Shown here: one piece after another, positions 1 through 10,691 of the stretch
How the letters are laid out: every line of letters begins with the position of its first letter
Position numbering within the stretch: the stretch's first letter is position 1
Assembly: GCA_965263035.1 (NCBI GenBank)
Contig: OZ253580.1
Span: 2,880,001-2,944,000 of the forward strand
Origin: Acidobacteriota bacterium
GTDB taxonomy: Bacteria > Acidobacteriota > UBA6911 > RPQK01 > JAJDTT01
Reading direction: 5' to 3'
DNA: 64,000 bases
The notes under the pieces: model-generated
What the model saw: the letters and a program-made list of their open reading frames with translations, nothing else
Databases searched by the model: none
Told to the model about the DNA's origin: nothing
Made by a program: the position numbers and the translations under genes

Positions 1-404
1 GGAAGCTGCCCCTGGAGGAGCAGCGGGAAATCCTCTATAAGCGGGGACGCGCACTACTGAAGCTGGAACAGATCGACGAGTCGGAGCGCGACTTGTGGGC
101 GGCGGCGGGTGACTCGTCGGACCACCTATCCCAACAGGCACATGTCTGTCTTGGAACGATCGCCCAGATCAGGGGGGACCATCGGGAGGCGGTCCGTCTT
201 TTTGAGAAGACCCGGGAACTCGGCAGCTGTGGCGAATGCCTGCTCCAATGCCGGCTCAGCATGATTGAAAGCTTCGAATATACGGGCGAACTGGACAAGG
301 CAATCGAGGTCGCCGGAGCACTGGACAAAACGGGCTACCCGAAGGCCGGCGAGCTGATCGTCCGGCTCAGGCAGAAGCGGGATTTCTACGCCGACAAGAA
401 GTAG
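1..404 (+). CDS. TPR-like repeat protein, 5' end outside window
   Basis: Frame open from window start; helical TPR-like segments (YKRGRALLKL, AHVCLGTIAQIRGD). Confidence 0.6.
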   Translation, partial: KLPLEEQREILYKRGRALLKLEQIDESERDLWAAAGDSSDHLSQQAHVCLGTIAQIRGDHREAVRLFEKTRELGSCGECLLQCRLSMIESFEYTGELDKAIEVAGALDKTGYPKAGELIVRLRQKRDFYADKK

Positions 405-453
405 CGTCTCGCCTGAATCGCACGCCTCCCATTTCGCTCTTCGCTCATATTCG

Positions 454-483
454 TTGACACGAGGCACGAACCGGGACTATATT
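454..483 (+). promoter_or_regulatory. sigma70-type promoter for rpsU
   Basis: TTGACA at 454-459, 18-nt spacer, TATATT at 478-483. Confidence 0.6.
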
Positions 484-509
484 GGCGCCGCCCAGAAAGG
501 TGGAACGAA

Positions 510-713
510 GTGGCATACGTCTTCATTCATGATGGTGAGCCCCTGGAAAGCGCCCTCAGGCGCTTCAAGCGAAAGGTGCAGCAGGAAGACATCATCAAGG
601 ATGTCAAGCGTCATTCCTACTATCTGAAACCGGGCGAGAAGCGGCGCCTCAAGCAGGCCTTGGCTCGGAAGAGAGCCCGGAAGAAGTTCCTGAAGCAACA
701 GCTTCACAGATAA
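510..713 (+). CDS. rpsU: 30S ribosomal protein S21
   Basis: GEPLESALRRFKRKV...YYLKPGEKRR S21 signature, 67 aa. Confidence 0.95.
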   Translation: MAYVFIHDGEPLESALRRFKRKVQQEDIIKDVKRHSYYLKPGEKRRLKQALARKRARKKFLKQQLHR

Positions 714-795
714 TACGCGCGACTCGTTTCCGGACCCCTCAAGTCTGCTGTCCGCACCCCGTACCGGTCCTCCCGGTAGGCGAACAATTACGCCC

Positions 796-1416
796 TCAGG
801 GATTGATGCAGCGGATCGCCTTCCAATGGCCCAGGAAGTCGATGGGCATTTCCGATTCGATTTCCAGCCCGCACTCGCGCATCAGCTTCTTGCGATCCAG
901 ATCGGTTCGGAATCCGATCCGGTAGCAGAGGGGGGAAATGAGCGCCTCGAGGGAACCGAGGACAGGATTCTCGTTGCGAAAGTGGTTCAGAAAGACGAGG
1001 TATCCGCCCTTCTTGCAGACCCTCTTCATTTCTTCAATCACCATCACGGCGTCGGGGACCACGGAGATGAAATAGGCGGCAAGGATTCGATCGAAGCTGC
1101 CGGAGGGAAAATCGAGCCTGGTCGCGTCCATTTTCAGCAACTGGATATTTTCCAACTCCAATTTCGCCGTCCGGAGCCGCGCCTGGTCCAACATCTTCTC
1201 GGACAGGTCGATCCCCGTTATCTGGACGTTTCGTGGGAGCATCGGAAGGGAGAGGCCGGTTCCCACGCCCACTTCCAAGAGCCGAGAGCCGGCCGCCAGG
1301 TCCAGCAGCAGGGGGGCAATTTCCCGCCCACTGTGGAAGATGGGCCCGAACAGGAGATCGTAAAAACGAGAGTACCAGTTGTAAACCTTCTCGATGTGTT
1401 CGACATCGACATTCAC
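796..1416 (-). CDS. Class I SAM-dependent methyltransferase (PmtA-like phospholipid N-methyltransferase)
   Basis: LLEVGVGTG motif I, GIDLSEKML, N-terminal YNWYSRFYD. Confidence 0.8.
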   Translation of the reverse strand: MNVDVEHIEKVYNWYSRFYDLLFGPIFHSGREIAPLLLDLAAGSRLLEVGVGTGLSLPMLPRNVQITGIDLSEKMLDQARLRTAKLELENIQLLKMDATRLDFPSGSFDRILAAYFISVVPDAVMVIEEMKRVCKKGGYLVFLNHFRNENPVLGSLEALISPLCYRIGFRTDLDRKKLMRECGLEIESEMPIDFLGHWKAIRCINP

Positions 1417-1496
1417 AAATCAGCCCCCCCTTTGTCCGCGCCATTGTAGCATTATCCCCGCCGGAGGACAGAACCTGCCTGTGCTATCATCAGGCG

Positions 1497-2084
1497 GTGT
1501 CTCAAGGGGGGGCTGAGGGGCTCGACGTACTCATCGAAGAGGCCGAGATCCGGCAGCGCGTCGCCGAAATGGCCCGTCGCATCGAGGCCGACTACGAGGG
1601 CAGGGAACCGCATTTTGTCGGCGTCCTCAAGGGGGCGGCCATATTCCACGCCGACCTGGTCCGAGAGCTGGCCCTGCCGCTGACCATGGATTTCGTGTCA
1701 GTTTCCAGCTATGGCGCCGCCACGTCTCCGGTGGGCCCGATGACCCTGGACAAGGACTTGGAGGATGACATCGAGGGCAAGGACGTCATTCTGGTTGAGG
1801 ACATCGTCGACACGGGCCGCACCGCCGCCTTTCTGTTCCAATGGTTGCCGGAGCGGAAACCGGCTTCCGTGAAGCTTTGCGCTTTTTTGTCCAAGTCTGC
1901 CCGCCGCCGGTTTTCCGCCCACCTCGACTACGTAGGCTTCGATGTTCCCGACCGTTTCGTCGTCGGCTATGGCCTGGACTACAATCAGATGTATCGCAAC
2001 CTGCCGTACATAGCGGCCCTGCGGCGTCCGCGCCGGGAGCCGCCCGCCGTGCATTTGGAGCACACCGCTACGGGCGAACCGTGA
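1497..2084 (+). CDS. hpt: Hypoxanthine phosphoribosyltransferase
   Basis: VGVLKGA, VILVEDIVDTGRT PRPP motif, FVVGYGLDY; start placed at GTG 1497. Confidence 0.92.
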   Translation: MSQGGAEGLDVLIEEAEIRQRVAEMARRIEADYEGREPHFVGVLKGAAIFHADLVRELALPLTMDFVSVSSYGAATSPVGPMTLDKDLEDDIEGKDVILVEDIVDTGRTAAFLFQWLPERKPASVKLCAFLSKSARRRFSAHLDYVGFDVPDRFVVGYGLDYNQMYRNLPYIAALRRPRREPPAVHLEHTATGEP

Positions 2085-2130
2085 GGCCGTCGAGGCCTGG
2101 GACGCGGCTTGCGAATGAGGAGAATCTGGG

Positions 2131-4089
2131 ATGAGCGACAAAGAAGGAACCATATCTGCATTGATGACGGAGGACCGGCGGTACTCCCCCGCCGAGGAGT
2201 TCACCGCCCACGCCAATTGGAGCGACCCGGAAGTCTACCGGCGAGCACTGGATGATCCGGAGGGCTTCTGGAGCGAGATGGCTCAGGCCATCGACTGGTT
2301 TGAGCCTTGGGACTCCGTTCTGGAGTGGGACCCGCCCACCTCGAAGTGGTTTCTGGGGGCGAAGGTCAACGTTTCCTACAACTGTGTCGATCGGCATCTG
2401 GCGACGTGGAGAAAGAACAAGGCGGCCATCATCTGGGAAGGGGAACCTGGTGACACGCGGGTCCTGACCTACCAGGACCTGTACCGCGAGGTCAATCGGT
2501 GCGCCGCCGCCATGAGGCGGCTGGGGATTCAAAAGGGAGACCGGGTAGCGCTCTATCTGGGAATGGTGCCGGAGCTCCCAATCGCCATGTTGGCCTGTGC
2601 GCGGCTGGGTGCTCCCCACACCGTCGTTTTCGGCGGCTTCAGCCCCGAGTCCCTCCGCGACCGCATCGCGGATTGCCAGGCCAAACTCCTGGTCACGGCC
2701 GACGGCGCCTGGCGCCGGGGAAAAGTGGTGGAGCTGAAGGAGAATGCCGATCGAGCGTTGGAGGGCGGCTCCAGCATCGAGAACGTTCTGGTGGTGAACC
2801 GGGTAGCACGACCTGAACAGGTTTCCATGGTGGAGGGGCGGGATCGATGGTGGCACCACGAAATGGAGGCCAGCGGCACGGAAACCGTCGAGGCCGAGTC
2901 GCTGGACAGTGAGCACCCTCTGTACATTCTGTACACCTCCGGCACCACGGGGAAGCCGAAAGGCCTGCTCCATACCACCGGTGGCTATCTCGTCGGCGTC
3001 CACACGACTGCCAGGTACGTGTTCGACCTGAAGGACAATGACACCTACTGGTGCGCTGCCGATGTGGGGTGGGTCACTGGGCACAGCTACATCGTATATG
3101 GTCCCCTATCCAACGGCGCCTCCTCCATCATGTACGAGGGGGCGCCCGATTATCCTGGGAAGAACCGTTTCTGGCAGATCATCGAGAAATACCGGGCCAA
3201 CATTCTGTACACGGCACCGACCGCGATCCGCACGTTCATGAAGTGGGGGACGGAGTATCCCGCAGGCCACGACCTGAGCTCTCTCCGGCTCCTGGGAACG
3301 GTGGGAGAGCCCATCAACCCGGAGGCCTGGGTCTGGTATCGGGACTATATCGGTTCCGGCCGGACGCCGGTGGTCGATACCTGGTGGCAGACCGAGACGG
3401 GCATGACGCTCATCACTCCTTTGCCGGGGCTGACGGTGTTGAAGCCGGGGTCGGCAACCTTTCCCTTTCCGGGAGTGGAGGCCGACATCGTGGACGAAGC
3501 CGGAGAATCGGTGCCTCTCGGCGGCGGCGGCTATCTGGTACTGAAACGCCCGTGGCCAGCCATGGCTCGAACCATCTGGGGCGATCCGGAGCGATGGTAC
3601 GATCAGTATTGGTCACAATTTCCCGGAATCTACTTCACGGGAGACGGGGCCAAGCGCGACGAGGACGGCTACTTTTGGCTACTGGGCCGCGTCGACGACG
3701 TCCTGAACGTGGCCGGTCACCGAATCGGGACCATGGAGGTGGAAAGCGCACTGGTCAGCCACCCCAGCGTTGCCGAAGCGGCAGTCATCGGCATCACCCA
3801 CGAAATCAAGGGTCAGGCGATTGGCGCGTTCGTCACCCTCAGGGGAGATCAGGTGGCGTCGCCGGAGCTGATCGCCGAACTCAAGCTCCACGTGGGTGAA
3901 AAGATCGGGCCCATTGCCCGGCCCGACACCCTGATCCCTACCGGGGAGCTGCCCAAGACGCGCAGCGGGAAGATCATGCGGCGCCTGCTCCGGGACATCG
4001 CCGAGGGGCGGGTCGTCGGCGACACCACGACGCTTCAGGACCCAGGGGTCCTGGACGCGATCAAGGACGAATACGAAGAGAGCGAGTAA
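2131..4089 (+). CDS. acs: Acetyl-CoA synthetase
   Basis: [31 protein letters not shown]. Confidence 0.96.
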   Translation: MSDKEGTISALMTEDRRYSPAEEFTAHANWSDPEVYRRALDDPEGFWSEMAQAIDWFEPWDSVLEWDPPTSKWFLGAKVNVSYNCVDRHLATWRKNKAAIIWEGEPGDTRVLTYQDLYREVNRCAAAMRRLGIQKGDRVALYLGMVPELPIAMLACARLGAPHTVVFGGFSPESLRDRIADCQAKLLVTADGAWRRGKVVELKENADRALEGGSSIENVLVVNRVARPEQVSMVEGRDRWWHHEMEASGTETVEAESLDSEHPLYILYTSGTTGKPKGLLHTTGGYLVGVHTTARYVFDLKDNDTYWCAADVGWVTGHSYIVYGPLSNGASSIMYEGAPDYPGKNRFWQIIEKYRANILYTAPTAIRTFMKWGTEYPAGHDLSSLRLLGTVGEPINPEAWVWYRDYIGSGRTPVVDTWWQTETGMTLITPLPGLTVLKPGSATFPFPGVEADIVDEAGESVPLGGGGYLVLKRPWPAMARTIWGDPERWYDQYWSQFPGIYFTGDGAKRDEDGYFWLLGRVDDVLNVAGHRIGTMEVESALVSHPSVAEAAVIGITHEIKGQAIGAFVTLRGDQVASPELIAELKLHVGEKIGPIARPDTLIPTGELPKTRSGKIMRRLLRDIAEGRVVGDTTTLQDPGVLDAIKDEYEESE

Positions 4090-4215
4090 CGCCGGCGAGG
4101 AATGAGGAGAGAGAAGAGAAGTTGGCCCCGTTCTCTTCCCTCTCGCTCTTCAGTCGTCTCGGCTCACCGCTGAGCAGCTGGCCGTTGCCGTCCCGCCGCC
4201 CAGCCGGAGAACTCT

Positions 4216-4656
4216 TCAGGAAGTCGCAGTTTCTGCCTTGGCGCAATGCCGCCCGAAGGCCTCCCGTAGATCCCCGGAAATTTCGTAGGCTTCCCGGCTC
4301 TCGATCAGGTGGCGCTCCATCATGTAGACGAGCTTGCCGTCCTGCAGCAGTGCGATGCTGGGAGAAGACGGCGGATAGGGAAAGAAGTATTCCCTGGCTC
4401 TCGCCGTCGCCTCGAGGTCCTGGCCGGCGAATACCGTGGTCAGCCGATCCGGTTTGGGCTCATTCCTGAGCGCATCCGCGATCGCGGGGCGGGCCCGCCC
4501 CGCCGCACAGCCGCAAATGGAGTTGACGACCACCAGAACGGTGCCCTGCTCTCCAGTAATCGCCTGGTCCACAGCTTCAGCCGTGCGCAACTCTTCGACG
4601 CCGATGCGGGTCAGTTCCTGTCGCATCGGGGTCACCCATTCTTCAGGATATGGCAT
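4216..4656 (-). CDS. BrxA/BrxB family bacilliredoxin
   Basis: MPYPEEWVTPMRQEL, VVNSICGCAAG (CGC motif), TVFAGQD, PPSSPSIAL. Confidence 0.88.
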   Translation of the reverse strand: MPYPEEWVTPMRQELTRIGVEELRTAEAVDQAITGEQGTVLVVVNSICGCAAGRARPAIADALRNEPKPDRLTTVFAGQDLEATARAREYFFPYPPSSPSIALLQDGKLVYMMERHLIESREAYEISGDLREAFGRHCAKAETATS

Positions 4657-4732
4657 GAGATTCTCCTCCTTCCGAATTTTTGTTCGTCGATTCGCCTTCC
4701 ATTCTAAATCGGAAGGCGTCCCCAATTCCAGG

Positions 4733-5899
4733 TTACTCGAACGCGGGGATTCCGGTGATGGACTGGCCCAGGATCAGGGTGTGGATGTCGTGGGTTCCCT
4801 CGTAGGTCGAAACCGTCTCCAGGTTGGACATGTGGCGAAAGACCGGATAGTCGGCGAGGATTCCGTTGGCCCCCAGGAGGTCCCGGGCCAGCCGCGCGAT
4901 CCGAAGTGCGATGGCGACGTTGTTGCGTTTCGCCATGGAGATCTGATCGTGCCGGCACTTGCCCTGTTCCATGAGTTGCCCCAATCGGTAAGTCAGCAGT
5001 TGGCCCTTCGTGATTTCCGTCAACATGTACACGAGCTTCTGCTGGACCAGCTGATGGCTGGCGATGGGGCGGTCCCCGAACTGGCGCCGTTCGAGAGTCC
5101 AGCGCCGGGCGGTTTCGTAACAGGCCATGGCCGCCCCCAAGGCCCCCCAGGCGATGCCGTACCGAGCCTTGTTCAAGCACATGAGGGCACTTTTCAGGCC
5201 AGTCGTCCCGGCGAGGAGACGGTCTTCAGGGATCCAGCAGTCATCCAGGACCAATTCCGAGGTGACCGAGGCACGTAACGAATGCTTGTGGCGGTAGTCC
5301 CTGGTGGAGAAGCCTTCGGTGGAGGGTTCCACCAGGAATCCGCGGATACCCGCTCCCTCCAGGCGCGCCCAGACGAGGGCGACGTCGGCGAGGCTGCCGT
5401 TGGTGATCCAGGCCTTGTTGCCGCTCAGGACAAACCCCCCGCCGTCACGTCGCGCGCGCGTCCGCATTCCAGCGGGATTCGATCCGAAGTCGGGTTCGGT
5501 GAGGCCAAAACAGCCGATGGCCCGTCCGGCCTGGAGCCGGGGTAGCCAGTACGCTCGCTGTTCCTCGCTGCCGAAACGGTGAATGGGGTACATGACCAGG
5601 GCGTTCTGGACCGAGACGAAGCTGCGCAGGCCGCTGTCGCCCCGCTCCAGCTCCTGCATGATGAGGCCGTAGCCCACCGCCTTCAGGCCGGCGCAGTTGT
5701 AACCGGTCAAGCTGGCCCCCAGGTATCCGAGACGAGCCATGGGCTCGACCAACTGCAGGGGGAAGGTGCCGGCTTGGAAATGGTCTTCGATGATGGGGAT
5801 GACCTGTTTCTCGACGAATGAACGGACGCTGTCTCGAATCAGCCGTTCCTCGTGCGACAGCAGGTCGTCGAGACCCATGAAATCCACGTTTTCCGCCAC
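4733..5899 (-). CDS. Acyl-CoA dehydrogenase (glutaryl-CoA dehydrogenase-like)
   Basis: GCFGLTEPDFGSNP, KAWITNG, TYEGTHDIH; start placed at GTG 5899. Confidence 0.9.
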   Translation of the reverse strand: MAENVDFMGLDDLLSHEERLIRDSVRSFVEKQVIPIIEDHFQAGTFPLQLVEPMARLGYLGASLTGYNCAGLKAVGYGLIMQELERGDSGLRSFVSVQNALVMYPIHRFGSEEQRAYWLPRLQAGRAIGCFGLTEPDFGSNPAGMRTRARRDGGGFVLSGNKAWITNGSLADVALVWARLEGAGIRGFLVEPSTEGFSTRDYRHKHSLRASVTSELVLDDCWIPEDRLLAGTTGLKSALMCLNKARYGIAWGALGAAMACYETARRWTLERRQFGDRPIASHQLVQQKLVYMLTEITKGQLLTYRLGQLMEQGKCRHDQISMAKRNNVAIALRIARLARDLLGANGILADYPVFRHMSNLETVSTYEGTHDIHTLILGQSITGIPAFE

Positions 5900-6072
5900 G
5901 GCGACGAATATAGCAGGCTCCAGGCGGAGGCGCGCGGCCCCCCACCCGGAGGGCGAACCTCCCCCCACTTCGGCGGGAGCGCAGCCCGTGCCACGGGGAA
6001 AAAGAAATCTCCCGCACCACTCCCGAATTCCCGCACCATTATTCTCGCTCCCCCGTGTGCTATAAGGGTCTC

Positions 6073-7074
6073 GTGATCATTGGCCTGACCGGTCGCAACG
6101 GCTCCGGCAAGGGCGTCGTGGCCGACTTCCTGCAAACCAAGGGCTTCGGTTTCTGGTCCCTCTCGGACGTAATTCGCGAAGAGATCACGCGGCGGGGGGA
6201 GGAAGTGACGCGGCCCCAGCTGATCCGTGCCGGAAGGGAGCTGCGGTCCAAGTACGGCAACGACTACCTGGCGCATGAAATCCTGGCCAAGCTGGAGGCG
6301 GATCGGAACTACGTCGTGGACTCCTTTCGCCACCCGGCGGAGGTCCGGGCATTCTCACGCCAGCCCGATTTCTATCTGGTGGCGGTTGAGGCAGACGCCG
6401 AAATTCGCCACCAGCGCGTCTGCGCCCGCGCCCGCGAGAGCGATCCCGTCTCATTCGAGAAGTTTCTCGACCTGGAACGGCAGGAACTGTCCAGTCCGGA
6501 CACGCAAGGCCAGCAACTCCTGGCCACTGGCCGGTTGGCCAGTATCAGCTTCGCCAACAACGGCACCAAGCAGGACCTCCGGAGCAAGGTCGCCGATTGG
6601 TTGCTGCGAACGGCTCCCAAGATGACCCGGCCCCATTGGGATCCTTATTTCATGAAACTGGCGCAAGTGGTGGCGCTCAGGAGCAACTGCATCAAGCGCA
6701 AGGTGGGGTCCATCATCGTGCGCGATCTACGGGTGATCTCCACCGGCTACAACGGCACTCCCCGCGGCACGCGAAACTGTTTCGAGGGGGGCTGTCCCCG
6801 CTGTGCCGGGCTGGCGGACAGTGGAACGCAACTGGGGGACTGCCTCTGCTCCCATGCCGAGGAGAATGCCATCACCCAGGCGGCCTATCATGGCGTGAGC
6901 GTCAACGGAGGCGTTCTCTATACGACGTACTCGCCCTGCCTGACCTGCAGCAAGATGATCATCAACTCGGGTGTCGTCGAGGTGGTCTACAACGTGGAGT
7001 ATCCTCTCTCCGGCAGGTCGTTTCGCCTGCTCCGGGAGGCCTCCGTCGCCTGCCGCCAGCCGACTGCCGGTTAA
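6073..7074 (+). CDS. P-loop kinase-like domain fused to dCMP/cytidine deaminase
   Basis: GLTGRNGSGKG Walker A; HAEENA and SPCLTC zinc deaminase motifs. Confidence 0.88.
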   Translation: MIIGLTGRNGSGKGVVADFLQTKGFGFWSLSDVIREEITRRGEEVTRPQLIRAGRELRSKYGNDYLAHEILAKLEADRNYVVDSFRHPAEVRAFSRQPDFYLVAVEADAEIRHQRVCARARESDPVSFEKFLDLERQELSSPDTQGQQLLATGRLASISFANNGTKQDLRSKVADWLLRTAPKMTRPHWDPYFMKLAQVVALRSNCIKRKVGSIIVRDLRVISTGYNGTPRGTRNCFEGGCPRCAGLADSGTQLGDCLCSHAEENAITQAAYHGVSVNGGVLYTTYSPCLTCSKMIINSGVVEVVYNVEYPLSGRSFRLLREASVACRQPTAG

Positions 7075-7114
7075 CCAGGGTGCAGCCGGCAATGGCGCGG
7101 CCGCCCGGGCCAAG

Positions 7115-8476
7115 TCAGAGGTGGGACCGCCGTAGATTGCTCTCCGCCTCCTGCAGCCGCAGGCTGTACCGAACCGGATAGGGATCACCCTCGAGCCTCC
7201 ACAATCGCGGCGGCAAGGCATCCAGTTGGGTCCGAGCGTAGTCCCTGATCTGACGGATATCGGGCAGTTCTCCCTTCGTCTCCCCGGCTTCGACGTATTG
7301 GACCAGCAATGGGGAGTGTCCGCCGGCGATGGCTTCCCCTTCCGCCGCCAGCAGGTCCCCGCCGAAATCCCCCCCCTCCCGGTGCCGATAAAGTTCCTTC
7401 CGGAGAGGGAACGACGCCTTGTCCCTGCTGATCTTCATTCGGGGCAAGATCCGGCCCTGGTGAATCCGCTCCACCAGTTTGTAGACCAGATCGCAGGTGG
7501 GGGCTTCCGGGCAAATGACCAGGTCCGTGCCCACGCCGTAGCCGTCGATGGGCGCCTCCTCCTTTGCCAGAGCGCGCACTTTCTCCGGGTCCAGATCGCC
7601 GCTGACCAGGATCCGGGTCTCGCTGCGCCCGCTATGGTCCAGGAGCGCCCGGGCCGCGCGAGCCATCCGGCCCAGGTCTCCGCTGTCCACCCGCAGTCCT
7701 TGCACCGGTGCGCCGAGGCTGAGCGCGTTCCTGACGCCGCAGAGCGTGTCATAGGTGTCCACGAGCAGAATCGTGTGCCGGGGAAAGGTCCGCTGGAAGC
7801 TCTCGAAGGCGTGTGTCTCGTCGTCGAAGAATTGAATGAAGGAGTGGGCCATGGTCCCGTAGAGGGGAAGGCCGAGCTGATATCCAGCCAAGACGTTGCT
7901 GGTCCCGGCGCAACCGCCGATGAACGATGCCCGGGCCGCAAGCAGTCCGGCCTGCGGCCCCTGTGCTCGGCGGCTGCCGAAATCGATCACCGGCCGCCCC
8001 CGGGCGGCGCGGCAGAGCAGGCTTGCCTTGGTAGCCACCGTCGTCTGGTAGCTGATCGACGCAATCAGGTAGGTTTCCAGGAGTTGTGCCTCCATGACGG
8101 GGGCCCTGACCTGGAGAACGGGCTCGTAAGGGAAGAATGGAGTCCCCTCGGGCAAGGCCCAGAGGTCCCCGCCGAACCGGAAATCACGGAGGTAGTCGAA
8201 GAACTCCGGAGAGACCCCGCGGAAGACGTCCAGGGTCTGCAGCCAGGCCAGAATCTCTTCCGGAAAGTGCAAGTTCAGAACCTGGTGCAGCGCCTGTTCC
8301 AGCCCGGCGGCAACCAGAAAACCCCTCTCTGCCGGCAAGCGGCGGGTAAAGAGCTCGAAGGTGGCGCGCTCCTCGGCGAATCCCGCCTCGAAGTAGGCGG
8401 CGAGCATGGTCAATTCGTAGAGGTCGGTGTGGATGCCCAGGGTTTCCTGGGAGGGAAACAGGGGCCGCAGATTCAT
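7115..8476 (-). CDS. pncB: Nicotinate phosphoribosyltransferase
   Basis: TDLYELTM, DFGSRRAQG, GTMAHS, LVDTYDT, RVDSGD. Confidence 0.93.
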   Translation of the reverse strand: MNLRPLFPSQETLGIHTDLYELTMLAAYFEAGFAEERATFELFTRRLPAERGFLVAAGLEQALHQVLNLHFPEEILAWLQTLDVFRGVSPEFFDYLRDFRFGGDLWALPEGTPFFPYEPVLQVRAPVMEAQLLETYLIASISYQTTVATKASLLCRAARGRPVIDFGSRRAQGPQAGLLAARASFIGGCAGTSNVLAGYQLGLPLYGTMAHSFIQFFDDETHAFESFQRTFPRHTILLVDTYDTLCGVRNALSLGAPVQGLRVDSGDLGRMARAARALLDHSGRSETRILVSGDLDPEKVRALAKEEAPIDGYGVGTDLVICPEAPTCDLVYKLVERIHQGRILPRMKISRDKASFPLRKELYRHREGGDFGGDLLAAEGEAIAGGHSPLLVQYVEAGETKGELPDIRQIRDYARTQLDALPPRLWRLEGDPYPVRYSLRLQEAESNLRRSHL

Positions 8477-9771
8477 GCTTCAGGAAACACTCGGGCGAAG
8501 ACCGTGTCGACGTGCTCAAGGGTCTGCCGGAGGTCGAATGCGGCTTCGATCTGTTCCGTCGAGAGGTGGGATCCGATGTCGGGGTCGGCGAGGATGAGGG
8601 TCTTGAAATCAACCTTCTCGTTCCAGACTCGGAGGGCGTTGCGTTGGACCCATTCGTAAGCCCGGCTGCGGAGAACTCCCGCCATGACGAGTTTCAGCAA
8701 CAGGGTGCCCGAATACACCAGTCCCCCGGTCAGCTCCAGGTTGGCCAGCATTCTCTCCCGGTTCACCACCAGGTTCTCCACCACCCGACCGAGCCTCAGG
8801 GTGAGGTAATGGGCCAGTGTCGTGCTGTCGGGCAGGATGATCCGCTCCACCGAGGAGTGAGAGATGTCCCGCTCGTGCCAAAGGGGAATGTTTTCCAGCG
8901 CAGCCAGGGCGTTGGCGCGGAGCACCCGCGAAAGTCCGCTCACATTCTCGGAGCTGATGGGGTTCTTCTTGTGAGGCATGGCGGAGCTGCCTGTCTGGCC
9001 GGTCCGGAAGGCCTCGCTGGCTTCGCCCACTTCGGTTCGCTGCAGATGGCGTATCTCGGTGGCGATCTTGTCGTAGGTCGAACCCAGGATGGCCAAGGTG
9101 CACAGGTATTCGGCGTGGCGGTCCCGTTGCAGGGTCTGCGTGGAGGCGGCGGCGTAGCCGATGCCGAGTGCGGTACAGACCTTCTCTTCGACCTCGGGGG
9201 GGAGATGGGAAAAGGTACCCACCGGGCCGCTGATCTTACCCACCTCCAAGATCTTGCGGGCCTTCCGGAACCGCTCCAGGTTGCGCTCCATTTCCGAGTA
9301 CCAGACGGTCACTTTGAGGCCGAACGTCGTGGGCTCGGCATGGATCCCGTGGGTCCGTCCCATCATCGGGGTGTCCTGGTACCGGTGGGCCTTGCGGCGC
9401 AGCACTTCCATAAAATCCAGGAGCGCGGATTCGATCAACTCAGAGGCTTCCTTGACCTGGAGCGCCTGGGCCGTGTCCACGACGTCGGTGGAGGTCAAGC
9501 CCATGTGTATGAACCGGGAGGCCGGTCCCACCACTTCTGAGACGGCTCGGATGAAGGCCACGACATCGTGACGCGTGACCGCCTCGATCTCATGAATCCG
9601 CTCGACGGAAAATCCCGCCTTTTCGCGGATCTCCGACATGGCAGCCGGCGGAATGCGTCCCGAATCGCTCAGCACCTGGCAGACTGCCACCTCCACCTCG
9701 AGCCATTTCCGGAACTTGTTTTCTTCGGACCAGATTCGGGCCATTTCGGGCCGACTGTACCGGGGAATCAT
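8473..9771 (-). CDS. purB: Adenylosuccinate lyase
   Basis: MIPRYSRPEM start, GRTHGIHAEP, GSSAMPHKKNP. Confidence 0.95.
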   Translation of the reverse strand: MIPRYSRPEMARIWSEENKFRKWLEVEVAVCQVLSDSGRIPPAAMSEIREKAGFSVERIHEIEAVTRHDVVAFIRAVSEVVGPASRFIHMGLTSTDVVDTAQALQVKEASELIESALLDFMEVLRRKAHRYQDTPMMGRTHGIHAEPTTFGLKVTVWYSEMERNLERFRKARKILEVGKISGPVGTFSHLPPEVEEKVCTALGIGYAAASTQTLQRDRHAEYLCTLAILGSTYDKIATEIRHLQRTEVGEASEAFRTGQTGSSAMPHKKNPISSENVSGLSRVLRANALAALENIPLWHERDISHSSVERIILPDSTTLAHYLTLRLGRVVENLVVNRERMLANLELTGGLVYSGTLLLKLVMAGVLRSRAYEWVQRNALRVWNEKVDFKTLILADPDIGSHLSTEQIEAAFDLRQTLEHVDTVFARVFPEA

Positions 9772-10547
9772 AGGTTCAAAACTATGGAGGGCCGGTTCTG
9801 GTGAGTCAAGTGAACCCTGGGGCCGGATTCGCTCCTTCCGGAAGGGTCGGAGAGGGCCTCCGACACCTGATCCAACGCCAGTTGGGGATGATTGTTGGTG
9901 CGGCTCAAATGGGCCAGGAATATGTGTTTGGTCTTGGCGCCCAGGTGGGTCTTGAGGCACCGGCCCAGGGCGTGGTTGGAAAGGTGCCCTTTTGGTCCCA
10001 TCAGCCGTTTCTTGAGGAGCCAGGGATAGGGTCCGGCCAGCACCATCTCCTCGTCGTGGTTGGACTCCATGATCAACCAGTCGCAGTCCGGCAGATGTTC
10101 CAGGATTTCCTGGGTCGGTTCACCCAGGTCGGTGGCCAGAAGGCCTTGAGTCCCTTCGGCCGCAAAGCGGAATCCGACCGGCTGGGCCGCATCGTGGGAG
10201 ACGGGGAAGGCTTCGACCTCCAGGTCGCCGATTTGAAAGGGAGAGCCGACAGGGACGATCTTCACCCGGTTCAATTCCTGAAGCGGGGGGCTCTGTTGCA
10301 AGGTCCCTTCGGTCATGAGCACGGGGGCATCCAGATCCCGGACCAGGGCCGGGACGCCGCTGACGTGATCCGTGTGTTCGTGCGTCAGGAGGAGAGCATC
10401 CAGCCGATCCAGGGACAGGCCCGCCTGCCGCAGGCGCCGGTGAAGGCTGATTCGACCGAAGCCCAGATCGACCAGAATCCGGATCTCTCGCGTCGCGATG
10501 TACGTGCAGTTTCCCGCGCTGCCACTTCCCAGAACGCAGAGTTTCAT
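9768..10547 (-). CDS. MBL-fold metallo-hydrolase (YycJ/WalJ-like)
   Basis: LGSGSAGN, THEHTDH, ESNHD, GHLSN, HLSRTNN. Confidence 0.88.
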   Translation of the reverse strand: MKLCVLGSGSAGNCTYIATREIRILVDLGFGRISLHRRLRQAGLSLDRLDALLLTHEHTDHVSGVPALVRDLDAPVLMTEGTLQQSPPLQELNRVKIVPVGSPFQIGDLEVEAFPVSHDAAQPVGFRFAAEGTQGLLATDLGEPTQEILEHLPDCDWLIMESNHDEEMVLAGPYPWLLKKRLMGPKGHLSNHALGRCLKTHLGAKTKHIFLAHLSRTNNHPQLALDQVSEALSDPSGRSESGPRVHLTHQNRPSIVLNL

Positions 10548-10691
10548 GTTGGAGTCCGGACACTCCGCAGTGATGGTCTTGCGAAGCGCCGATCGAATGC
10601 CGTGAATTTGTTTTGCTTCGGCTGCTAGAATTTACCAGTCGGGTGTGAAAGGGGTGATCGGGTCCAGGATCAGGGGAAGAGGCGGAATCAG

